DNA of 64,000 nt from Takakia lepidozioides. Taxonomy: Eukaryota > Plantae > Bryophyta. A program made the translations under genes and the position numbers. This document shows positions 25,700 through 37,100 of this stretch, piece after piece. Location of the stretch: NCBI GenBank assembly GCA_030704615.1, contig CM060733.1, positions 17,794,001 to 17,858,000 of the forward strand, written 5' to 3'. The notes under the pieces are model-generated. The model made no database searches and was not told the DNA's origin. It was given only the letters and a program-made list of their open reading frames with translations. Positions within the stretch are counted from its first letter, which is position 1, and each line of letters opens with the position of its first letter.

Positions 25700-26660
25700 G
25701 CTCAGCCATAGCCAAGCTGATAATCCAGGTCAAGCAATTGGGATCCATTGCTGGCCCCAACACCTGACAACGTGATGCCTCAGAAAGAGACGGCACCGCT
25801 ATGGTACCAGTGGTAAAACCCATTGCCCGCTCACGCTCGTCAGCATTAGGCTCCACTAACTGCTGCAACTGAGCATCCCATAGGATGCCAGGTCCACTAT
25901 CCCGGAAAGCATGCGATCCTGGGAAGCTGAGCAGTGTAGGTAATGCTGCTCGTGGTTGACCACTGCCAAAGGCGAACGGTCATCGTGTCTCACACGCTGA
26001 GACTGCCTCCCTGTGTCCAAATTACTATCCACTGTGAGGTGTGCTGGTCACTGCACCCCATCAAATGCACGCTTGAGTAGTGTGGGTGGCATCAAGTTAG
26101 TCCACCATAGCCGGGGACAATGAGCCCGTGACCCCACTGCAGCTGCATCTAGCAACACTGCTGACCCAAGCCACGACCGGACTTGATGCACACTGGCCAT
26201 CACCTTGCCCCGAGAATCGCCCATCAGTGGCACATTCTCCAAGATATGTGCTGGAGATACAGCTTGATGAAGCTGCAAGTGGCGCAAAACCGTACCATCT
26301 CCCAAAGCAGACCCAACCTCAAGTCTCGCAATCCATTGCCATGCCCGGCTGATGAATGCCCTTGGCAGGGCCAACCTACCACTACCACATCAATGGAGCC
26401 AACCCGCTCCAAATCTTGTGCCCCCAGCAACGAAATGTCTACTGGCTAGGCCTGCTGATATCCACGAACTGCAGACACCGGCAACAACTCAAGGTACTGC
26501 TGCACCAACTGAGCAACATGGCGAAGTGAAATGCGTCGTGCAGTCTCATCCCTCTCCACATACAGGTAACGCCGAACTCGTATACTTGCCTGTAACACAG
26601 CAGCCAATCCGGTGCTGATCCCGCCAAACAAGTCCAGAAGACAAATGCCTTCATCCGGAT
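25700..26660 (-). pseudogene. C5 cytosine DNA methyltransferase domain (DNMT3-like) inside the polyprotein, interrupted by stops and frameshifts
   Basis: Motifs in linear order: I LLDLFGGI, II YLYVE, IV DVVVVGWPCQGHS (catalytic PC at about 26365), VI ILENV, VII LLDAA, VIII RAHCPRLWWTNL, IX EPNADERERAMGF, X RCQVLGPAMD. Confidence 0.88.
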
Positions 26661-27165
26661 ACTGCCAGACGATCGGTGTGGTGTCCAATGGTGACAACTG
26701 AGGTGGTCCTGGTGCAATCCCCGCACTGTCCTCCTCTCTTGACGGTACAAAATCCTCTACCCAGGCTTGTTGCACCCGTCGATCAGCAACCCACTGCAAA
26801 TCCTTGCTCGAGCCCCACAATGGAGTCTGAGCAACCATGGCAGACAACTCCGCCATACCATACATGTCAACCTGCTCTCCTAGAGGTGTGTCATCCTCCG
26901 AATGAGCGTTGCCCTCAAGCAACTCTCCAGGCCAACTCACTGCAGCTGTGAATGCTGCTAGTGTCGGCATCTTGCCCCGCTGGGCAACCGCAACTCCTCC
27001 TATGAACGTCACAGGGAGCTGCACACACCGGCCCTCCCCTGACTGCCATCTAGGCCTATAGGAAGCTGACTCCTCCCAAAAATCCAGGGTGAAGCCCATG
27101 GGGTACAACACTGCCCCACCAACCATGACATCGTACGAGACCGCGTCTGTCACAATGGCCTTGGC

Positions 27166-29557
27166 TCACATCACTGAGCCATCTGTAGGGTGATCCGGCC
27201 GTAGTCTGATAGCCAACTCACGCCGTGTCATGCCCCGAGCCTGCTCCGATCCTCCCAGAAACGTCTGTATCTGGAAATGACAAGGCTCCATATCCGCCTC
27301 CGTGAGGCCCAAGCCTGCAATAGCAGCTCTGCCCAACATCAATGGCTGAGCTCCCGAGTCCAACAAGACCTGTAGTGGCCGGTACCTCTTGCCTACCGGT
27401 CCACTCAAACAGAAAATGTCATCCTGGTTGTCTAACATGACAACTCCAGGTGTCACCATGGCACGCTCAATGGCTGGCCTAGCTGGCAGCTCCATCAACC
27501 TGGCAGCTGTAGCTTGCCATGGCGCCGCCGTGGCAGTCTTGACCCTCAAATCTGAGGATCCCTCCGGCACTACACCTCTCACTATCTCCGCAGAAGATGA
27601 AGTAACCTCCCCACTCTCACAGAGTATAGCTGCCAGCCTGAACACCTCAATTGGTCTTACCCCCGGCGTCGCAATCATGGTAGCCGAGAACAATGGAGCC
27701 TGACACACAGATGTGGCCGCTCCCAGCAGCACACTAGCTGCCGTAGCCTTGACAACACTAGGTAGTGGTACTACCCGTGTAGCTCTCCCCAATGGCATGG
27801 TAACCTCCGCCTCGGTAACAGTCGGGCGAGAACTAGGTGCCATGGATGGCGTCGACACTGTCTCCGCCAATGTGAATGATTGAGGAAGCCTAGCCTGACG
27901 ACTTGCCTCCCCACGCTGTGGATCCAACTCCACCTCTGCACCTCGTGGCTTAGGAACTCGTGCTGCTCCTCGAGTCACGGCTGCAGCAGACTCCACCTGC
28001 ACTAGTGGTAGTGCTGCTCCGCACATGAATCCCATGCCTCCCATATCTCCTCCCTCAGGAGCAAGAGGTGGACCATCCGGCCTTGGAGCCGGTACCACCT
28101 GAGCTGTAGCCGTGGCAGCGAGCCTTTGCTCTAGCTGCTGAAGCCGGTTGGCCATGCCTTGGTTAATACCCTGACCTCCGCGTCCTTGGCCATGTTGAGC
28201 TTGCCCTTGGCCTACACCTCGTGCCTGGCCACCTCGTCCTCTCTGGGCTGCCCCACCTCGCCCCCGGCCACCATTGTTCCCTTGGAACTGGCCTGGGCGC
28301 AACTCAGGATGCAAACCATAACACTGGGCCTCTCCATGCCCGTGCTTGCCACAATGCCGACACTGCAGCTGTGCAGGCTGTGCATATGCTAGCCCTTTGC
28401 CTCCCTCTGGGCAATCCTTCTTGACATGGGGTCCTCCACATGTCCAACACACCACCTCTGCCCGTTGTTGGCCTACAAATGAACGGAGAGACCCCTGCAT
28501 CTGAGGTCCTCTCTGTCCTTTCCTGGGCTTCACCTGGGCCCCCTTGTTGTCTTGAGGACGTTGAGGTAGTGGTTGGCTAGGAGCACCACTACTCCGTTGT
28601 GTCTCCTTAGCAAATCCCACCATGACCACTCGTTCCTCTACCATGTTGAGCTCTATCCGCTCTGCCAGCAAAAACACATTTGCTAAAGTGAGTTGGGCCG
28701 CTTGTAGGAGAGTTGCATCCCGCACCCTCCTCCTCAGCTCCTTGTTCAATATCCCATACCAGAATTGGACTGCCTGAGCTTCTGTAACCCCTTGGGTTAC
28801 ATTTATCAAGCGCCTCATGCGAGTGAAAGCCTCCCTCAAGCTCTCAGTAGGCTTCCGTTGGAACTCAAGCTCCGCAACTTCTCTGTCCTCACCCCTTGGT
28901 AGTTCCCTCTCACTCTTCGAAGAACTCCACAACAAGGTTGAAGGCAGGCACGGGTACTTGTGCTGGTGCGGTAGTGGCTTGGGTGGACGTCGTAGCTACG
29001 GTATCACCAGTCCCACTAGTCCCACTGCTACTTGCTGAAGCTGTCGGTGCAGCGGCAGGTGTAGCCACTGCCCTCGTGGCTCTAGTGCCCCTAGTGATGG
29101 AGACATAGTTGGGTGACCAGTACATCCTCCACTCCTCGCTCTCAACCTCATGCCCCCGCCTGAACTCATGGTAATCATCCATAGGCGGCCCCTCAAGGTG
29201 CTGAAACAGCCCCTTCCATGCCATGAAAGGCGTAAATAGTTGTGGATTGCGCATTTGCTGCAAATCACACCAACTATCAAACTCTTGGATAAAATCATCC
29301 AACTCGATGGTGCCCACCGCCCCAGAGTACCTTCGTGGGCCCTTGGTAGCTCCATACATCTTCTCCATTGTGTCCCACAACAATGGCAAGGAAACAACTT
29401 GCACCGCCGGTGCGAGTTCTCCTGATTCACAATCCGAATCAGAACCTTCCGTAGAAGACACAAGAGGTGAAGGTGGCCTAAACCGCACACCTCGTCTCGT
29501 GTACCCACTAGTATCGCTAGTGCTCAAACCGGCACTGTCCCCAGCAACTAGTGGCAC
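27166..29557 (-). pseudogene. gag plus aspartic protease of the DNMT-gypsy element (frameshift near 28920)
   Basis: Retrotransposon-gag-like region (FQRKPTESLREAFTRMRRL), two zinc knuckles CWTCGGPHVKKDC and CRHCGKHGHGEAQC, an RGG-rich tract, and protease motif LLDSGAQ at about 27350. Confidence 0.85.
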
Positions 29558-30254
29558 CTCCGTGTTGACAAACTGTCACTCAACCGGTCGTGAACATGTC
29601 CCTAACCCCCTCTCCACAAGATAACCGGGTAGAGAACCTGTTGCGGCTTATGATTTGGAATACTAGGTTCCTAACATAGCCTACACCTGCACCTGCATCC
29701 ACCGCAAGCACTCCTATGGTTGGCTGGTCATCACCTCCAACCTCACCATAGGAAAAACAATGATGGTCTGACTGGTCATCACCCCAGCCTCACCATCGAC
29801 AGCATGCTCTAGGACTGGCCGGTGATCAAATCCGGACCAATCACCTATAAAAACAAGCGCCCACACAAAACTAACATGGCGCACAGTCAAGCATGCAGGT
29901 ATGGAGGGGATCCAAACACAAGAAATCAGAACGACAACTCCCCCACACCAAAAACAACTTCATGGTGTTGCTTCTGCAAGGACACCCCAGCCCAAACCCG
30001 GACTGACTCTTGCCTCCATCTATGGAAAGGTCTTGGCATAATGAGAGGGTGAAAAACTACGAGGAAGAGAAGCTAAAGCGATGCCTAACCCCAGCATGCC
30101 CTCATCCCAACACTCTTTTTCTCATCTCTTCCCTCACTTGCATGACCATGGGAATATCATGAAGATACTCCTCAAACCGCCCTCCACGAGCTTCAAAATT
30201 CGGCCTTCAAGACCACATGCCAGTCCTTACGCAGTTCACCAGTGCCTCCACGAG

Positions 30255-30685
30255 TCAGCACAGGCCGTCCACAGGTCAACACGGGCCACCACAGACTAGC
30301 ACAGGCCCACACAGGCCACAGCCTGTCACAGCCCTACACAGGTCACAGGGTCACAGCCCCATAGGCCACAGCCTGTCACAGCCCGTCACAGCCCCCAAGG
30401 CCACAGGTCACAGCCCATCACAACCCCAAAGGCCACAGGCACATTCCTACAAAGGTCACAGGGGTCACAGCCCCAAAGGCCACAACCTATCACAGCCCCT
30501 CACAGCCCTACACAGGTCACAGGGGTCACAGCCCCAAAGGCCACAGCCTGTCACAGCCCCACAGGCCACAGGGCACAGCCCCTCACAGCCCATCACAGCC
30601 CCACAGGCCACCTATCATAGCCCATCACAGCCCTACACAGGTCACAGGATCACGGCCCTACCTGCCACAGCCCGTCACAGCCCCA
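30255..30685. repeat. Degenerate short tandem repeat array (CACAGCCC / GGCCACAG / GTCACAG units) in the element's 5' leader
   Basis: Dozens of imperfect CACAG-core units are directly visible. Confidence 0.85.
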
Positions 30686-31933
30686 TCCATATCTGGCCTG
30701 TTTGTGGGCCAATCGCCTATAAAATGTTGGACTGTTCTCTGTCATTTATGGACTTGGAACGCATTGGCGTCTGGGTCCTAATTTGATCCACAGAGGAACT
30801 GAAACAATTACCTGTATCAGAAGTTGTTGTGCAGTGATACGGGATTTTTTGTGCATCAAACAAATAGAGAGGGCCCAGGGGTCAAGTTGTTTGGTAGGTC
30901 CTTGTTGGGGGTAATATTTAATGGGTTGTGATGTTTTGCAGGCTACCACGTAATCAGATTTGAGGTGATATGTAACCAGATGGCAATGTCCGAGCTTCTA
31001 TTTCGAAACATGTTAGATGCTTCATCACTAAACAAGTGTTTGATAATCTCTAGTAATCTCTAAGGGCTAATGATTGACAAATGTGAATGGTCATGACTGG
31101 GACAGATGCGGAGTATTTGGAATGCCCGAAGGGAAGTCAGCCCTTCCCTCTTCCTTGCTTGCCCTCCAAGCTTGAAGATGGAAGCTTCAATGTGCTGCAT
31201 GCATGCTCCACATGCATCCTCTTCACACAAGAGGTAATATCAGCCCCCTATCTTGGCTCCTTGGCTCCTTGATGCTCTCTAAGACAAGACTAAGCACTCC
31301 ACAGCCTTTGCCAAGCTCCTGAAACCCTAAGGCTTACATTTCCAGCCACAAGACACTCCTCTTGTGGTGCAAGAGCTCTTCTTCCAAGCTCTAAAACCCT
31401 AGGTGCACATTCCATGGCCTTACCGCACCTCTTAGCTCTTGTTCCAGCCCTGCTCTTGCCATGACAAGAGCCCTCTCAATGCTGAAGCTCGAGATTGAAA
31501 CCCAATCTCAACATACTCCACAAAGTGCACTGATTTGCCCCAAGCCAAATCAGCCCTTTCGTTTGGTCTTGCAATCCTTCACACAATGAAAGCTCGCATT
31601 TCCAAGTCCAGTTCTCAGCTTTGCCACCAAAGCCACTATAACCTGCTCTTGACTGGTCCTCTTCCCAATCATGCTTGCTCATGCATGAACACAATCTGAA
31701 ATCATCAAGGTGCTCTGGAATTACCTGCAGCATGGTGTTTTCATCTCTGAAGCTGAAGATCGAATGCCAAGGTCTACCATTTCGTAACCTACACTGCCTC
31801 CACTTCTAACAACCAAGAGCTCCACGGTGCTCCTTGCATAACAACCTGGTTTCTCTCATTCTCAAGCAAAAAACACAAGTACTACAACTAACTCGTATCT
31901 GGCACTCACAGATACGAGCTCATCTTTCTCAAG

Positions 31934-32260
31934 TGATAAAGAAGCAGAATACAAGCACAAGCTCATGCGAGCTCACAAAGCCGAAGCATAAACTCATGTA
32001 TATATAAACTCATCACTCAAATACAAGTCAAGCCAAGTGCACCCCACGCCATGGGGAATCCACACTACGGCACCATAGCTAGGCGCGGTGAGGCTCAACT
32101 CGAGAAAGATGAGCCTCCCGCGTTTGCCGTGAAGATAACCACTCCAAGGCCTAAATCTGCCTTGACCCGTGGATTGACACTTGGGCCAATCCCAAATGTC
32201 AATATGTAAAAGCTAGCTATTTCCTAGCTAGTTTCACTCTAGTGGTAAAATAACTTGACA
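31934..32260 (-). repeat. Terminal repeat A1 (327 bp), 5' end of the element
   Basis: Direct repeat of 21521-21847 with about 14 substitutions counted by eye. Confidence 0.95.
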
Positions 32261-33084
32261 CATACAATTTGCGCTGCAGAGTAGCATGGGGAAAAAAAAA
32301 AAAAAAAAAAAAAAAAACTAAATTAAAATTGAAATGAGCGACCGCTGTGGGACCGCTGTGGACCGCTGGGGACGGCGGTGGCAGCTGCCGCCTTGGATAG
32401 ATCGTCTGCTGCACCTGAGAAAAACAACATATAAAAAATATTATTCTAAATTAAGTAGTAAGATTAAAAAAAAAACAAAAAAAAACAAGGCGACCGTTGT
32501 GGCGATCGCCTGGGAAATAATAATAATAAGTTAAATAATTCATAAAACAGATAAAAAGAATTAAAATAAGGAAAAAACAAAATAAATGTTCAGGAAAAAT
32601 AAAACCAAATTATAAAATATACTGGTTTATGTTTATGTTCCATGTATATGCCTGAATGTACATGTATATAACAACGACTTGTTAACAACCAGTAGTGGAG
32701 AAGCATATTTGGGAAGATGCTTTGGTTTGAAGCATCTTTTGGCACATCACGTTGATTTATTGAAGGGTGTAGATGTGGTCTTATGCTAGACACTTAGTGA
32801 ATACTTTTTGACCACATCTACACCCATAACAAACCCTGTCACACCCATAACAACTCGTTGTGAAGAACATCGCGTTGATGTTGTTAGGGTTGTGGCAGGG
32901 CTTGTTATGGGTGTGACAGGGACAACAACAGGTCGGAACAGGGACAGGGTTTGTGGTTAAAAAGTATTCCATACGGTTGCTCTCTGATGATCCCTGTCCT
33001 CCCTTCATCTGTTTGTTGGCCCTGCCTTTGTAAGGTAGAACTACGCAAAGGGTTTTGATGCTTAGCACCGATACTTGCAATTAA

Positions 33085-33633
33085 CCCTTAAACACCCAGT
33101 AGTCAGTTTTGACTTTTGTAAAAAACCTGACCCCTGAGCCAAAAACAGCTGTAATTTTTGGAAAATTTGGAATTTGAAAATTCTGATCGTATGTCAGGTG
33201 CGTACCTACCTGCTGCAGGTACAGGCCAATTTTGAGGGAAATCAGATGAAAATCCGAAAAATGCTCCCCGTTCATCTATGGGATCTCACATCCATTGCAG
33301 AAAACAAAATGCAATTTGGACAAAAAATGGGCTGCTGACACTTGGTTAAAGCAGAGTGGGTCAAAATTGTAGAGTTGAGTGCTCTTTGGAAAAATGGAAT
33401 CCAAACGGCCACCTGCTAGCACACTCCAACTCGTGCAGAAGGCGCGGGACCCAGATCTCATTGCAATCTCCGGAACCCTAACCTTGATCAAGAAAAATCG
33501 TCCGACGGTTCAGATTAGCCCAAGTGGCTGGGCATAACATATCCAAAATTCAGAAATTTTGGCTAAGATCATGATAAGTTATTGCAAATTTTCTGATTTA
33601 AAAGGCCCAAAACGGCTACTGGGCGTTTAAGGG
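33085..33633. mobile_element. piggyBac-like MITE (549 bp)
   Basis: TTAA on both sides (33081-33084, 33634-33637). Imperfect TIR of about 26 bp, CCCTTAAACACCCAGTAGTCAGTTTTG / CAAAACGGCTACTGGGCGTTTAAGGG. No ORF. Confidence 0.8.
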
Positions 33634-34152
33634 TTAAGGGCAGCTTTACACTAGGGCCCAAGCCCAAGAATTCGAATTCAAATTAGAGGTGTAATGGGAA
33701 GATTTCATCCAGACCTACGAATGAATGACCCTGGATGAATAGTTTTAGCATGCGTGTGAGTACCTCTACCAGCCATCACAGGCCGAGCTTCTCTCCCCAA
33801 GGAAGACAACGACTTGTATTTCCTCCTATCCTATTTGCTCTCACTGAAATTTCTGATCCTCATAATAAAAGACCTTTGTGAGGACAGTTGAGTCTCCCAC
33901 GGATCTCATAGGAAAAGAAGAAGTGAAAAAGAGGGAGGGAGAGAGAATGAAGGTACTGTTTTTGGGGCAATCTTGGCATTAAATGATTGGAAAGAACAAG
34001 AAGGCTCCATAACCTCAACTCAACCATCAGGACTTGCGTCACAAGTCACAAGTCACAACCTATATGGCAGGTCTTGTATGGATTACATGCATTTGTTGTT
34101 CAAAGGAAGACTCCATACCCTGAGTTTAAATTGAGGTTAAGGGAGAAAGAGA

Positions 34153-37100
34153 TTGTACTCATAAGACGTTGTTTGCCGTAGCCTTGTGGCCATTGACCCC
34201 GTGCCCAGTTTGAGCGGGAACAAAAGGGACAGAACCTACCTCTGTCAGGGGCTGACGTTGGTAGTAAGACTTACCTCCATATAAAGAATTAATCCGGATT
34301 TTCCAGATATCCTCTAGAAATCCCTTCACACAAGCATCAATCTGCTGAATGATCCCCTTTCGGCGACAGGGGGTCATTGTCAATCTATACAAGAAGGGTG
34401 ACAGAGAAGAACCGGGGAACTACCGTGGCATCACGCTCCTCAATGCTGTTGGCAAGACATTCTGCATAGTTATAAGTACTTGTCTCGAGGTTGATCTGGA
34501 GTCTAGAGGTTCTTTCCACGAAGGCCAAGCTGGCTTTCGGCGAAACAGGGGCTGCGTGGATCATATCTTCACTCTAAGCCAGATTATCCAGGGAAGGAAA
34601 AAAGAAGGGAAACCCACTTATGTCTTTTTCCTGGATGTCAAAAAGGCTTATGACACAGTGTGGAGAGATGGCCTATGGTTCCGCCTCTGGTCTTGTGGGA
34701 TCAAGGGAAAGATGTGGAGAGTTGTCCACAACTTGTATGCTCACACCAAAAGCTGTGTCACTGTTAATGGACAGAAGTCCAACTTCTTTGACATAGACCA
34801 AGGTGTAGCTCAAGGATGTACTCTCTCCCCTCTGCTCTTCAATGTTTTCATCAATCAACTCCTCGAGGATGTGGAAAGTGAGGGATTTGGGTTAAGGGTG
34901 GGTGATACCACCATACCAGCCCTTATGTTTGCGGATGACTTCGCAGGCATAGGGGAGACTCCAACCAATCTCTAGGAGTTGATTGATTGCGCGAAGAGAT
35001 ACTTTGATCTTTGGGGGCTAGAGGCTAATGTCAGCAAATGTGCAGTGGTAGCATTCAACGACAGAGGAGAGGGAGGAAGTGATCTTAAGTGGCAGTGGGG
35101 TAGCCAAGAGATCCCGGTCCTCCCTTCCTACACTTACCTGGGCGTTGAGTTCTCCTCCAATTGTAATTGGGATGCACATATCCGGAAAGTTGTTCAAACT
35201 GGCAAGGGCAAAGCTCTGGGGCTCACTAAATTTTTCCACTGCAGAGGGGTCAACTCTGAGGTTAAGAAAACCATGCTTTGTTGCGTTATTAGACCTGCCT
35301 TGGAGTACGGATGTGCTATATGGGTTGATAACTCCAACCAGGCTAAGTCTCTAGAATCCATTCAAGTGGGGGTGCTTAAGGAGTGTATGTCAGCATGCTC
35401 CAAAACAGCTAATGTGGCTGTTCGGGGTGAGTTTGGCATTCCGTCCTTAAGCTCCCGACGAGATGAATTCAAGGTCAGATGGTGGGGTCAGCTGCAACAT
35501 ATGCCCAACACCAGATATCCTAAGTTAATCGACTCTATATCTTGGAAACAGGACCGCCCTGTCAAACAGGCTAAGTCCTGGCAGAAGAGAGTAGAAGAGA
35601 TCCTCCAGGACCTGGACCTGGATCCGCAAGTCTTGACCCTGCTGGATAAATTTGACTTAGAGGCTGTAGTGTCCTCAGCCATGTCTGTTGCCATGAGATT
35701 GTCTGATGAAAATGAAGTTAGGCAGAAAACTTCCCTGAACTTGTTTCCAGTCTGTGACATGGGGGAGGACATCTTGGATGACCTCAAGGGTCTACCCACT
35801 CTCGGCACTAGACTGAATTTAAACTCAGGGCAGGAAGCCTACCTTTGAACAGCAAACAGAAGCAGAGAGGAAAGGGAAAGTGCAATTGCCCGTTGTGTGG
35901 GCAATTTGAAGACAATATTCATTTTCTGATACACTGTCCGGGGTTCTCTCACTAAAGAGACGCTCTCTTCAAATCTATTAAGGGAATTGTGCCTGTACCC
36001 CTGTTTACCAACTTTGAAAGTCTCGAGGCTGAGCCAAAAGCCCAGGCCCTCCTGAGGCCTAGTTTTTGGGCAAATCACACAGTCTTCCAGATAAGGTTAA
36101 AGAGGAGAACTAGGGCCTCTATCATGCGCCGAAAGGGGATCATTTCAGTCTTCCAGATAAGGTTAAAGAGGAGAACTAGGGCCTCTATCATGGGATCGCC
36201 ACCGTGCTTGATAAGCTCGTTGACAATACCATCAGGTCCACCAGCTTTATATCCATTTAAATGTTCAATTGCTTCCACAATCTCAGAAGAACTAATGGGA
36301 GCATTATAAGCCATTGAAATATACTCCAATTCATCAGGGCTGTTTTGAATCATAGGAACAATTTTTCCAACTGCGTCCCTCCATTCAGCAGAAGACCCCT
36401 CACTGTTAGACCTAGAAGTTCTGCCAAGGATACTGTAGTGAGTTTCAAAGGTTTTGACAATGTCAACCGATGAAGTCACCACTGCACCTTTAGTAGTCTT
36501 CAGCGCTTGTACTTGCTGACCGTTTTTCGGCTTGTACAAACGTTGAAGGGCCAACCAGAATTTCTTGTCATTACCACCATGGTGGTTTGAGTTTATGTCA
36601 CTGTATAACTTGTTCCAGTATAATTTCTTCTGAGACCTAACAAGCTGATTGATATCTTTACGGAGCTGGTAGTACCTCGCCCACAATTCTCTGTTGGTTT
36701 CCAAATTGCAGCACTCTTTATAGAGGGCTCGTCTCTCAGCTATCTTGAGTTTAATCTCATTAGTCCACCAATTAACTGCTCTACCGCAGACAATTAGTTT
36801 CCTCCCAATGATCTTGTCAGCCACGGAGGAAACGAAACTCTCCCAAGAGTCCACTGCTCTTGCGACTTCATTTCTTGCGTTAACAGAGCGTGACTGAAGT
36901 TCTTGGAGCGATTGGACAAAATGAGGGAGAGCCTCTTGCAAGGCCTGGACGTACTCAGCCTTGACCTCCTCATTGTGGAATTTTTCTATGCGCCACTTCC
37001 GAATCGAACGTTTCACAGAACTCTTGGTGGTGGGAAAACACCTTTTGATCTCAGTCCAAACCAGGAAGTGGTCAGAGGTACCAATATCAGTTCTGTCGAT

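Larger units (their letters stand above)
21355..32260 (-). mobile_element. Ty3/gypsy-type retroelement carrying a C5 DNA methyltransferase and a PHD finger, with split direct repeats (decayed copy)
   Basis: TG..CA termini; 4-bp TSD CATA (21351-21354 / 32261-32264); domain order gag-PR-DNMT-RT-RH-INT-PHD; repeats A (31934-32260, 21521-21847) and B (21850-22034, 21355-21519); PPT at 22037-22045. Confidence 0.9.

Noticed and set aside
29538-29556. Resemblance to a tRNA-Asp PBS (TGGCGCCGTTGCCGGGGA) at the start of the gag frame
   Set aside because: Several mismatches and an indel, no TGG start, and no repeat end adjacent to it.
30217-30786. 189-aa Pro/Gln/His-rich ORF
   Set aside because: By-product of the CACAG tandem array, antisense to the element.
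21521-32260. Conventional element with repeat A as the two LTRs
   Set aside because: Flanks (CACAA / CATAC) do not form a TSD, and the PPT abuts B1 rather than A2.
32286-32600. Poly-A followed by GACCGCTG repeats, possibly a DNA transposon end
   Set aside because: No matching opposite terminus or TSD identified.
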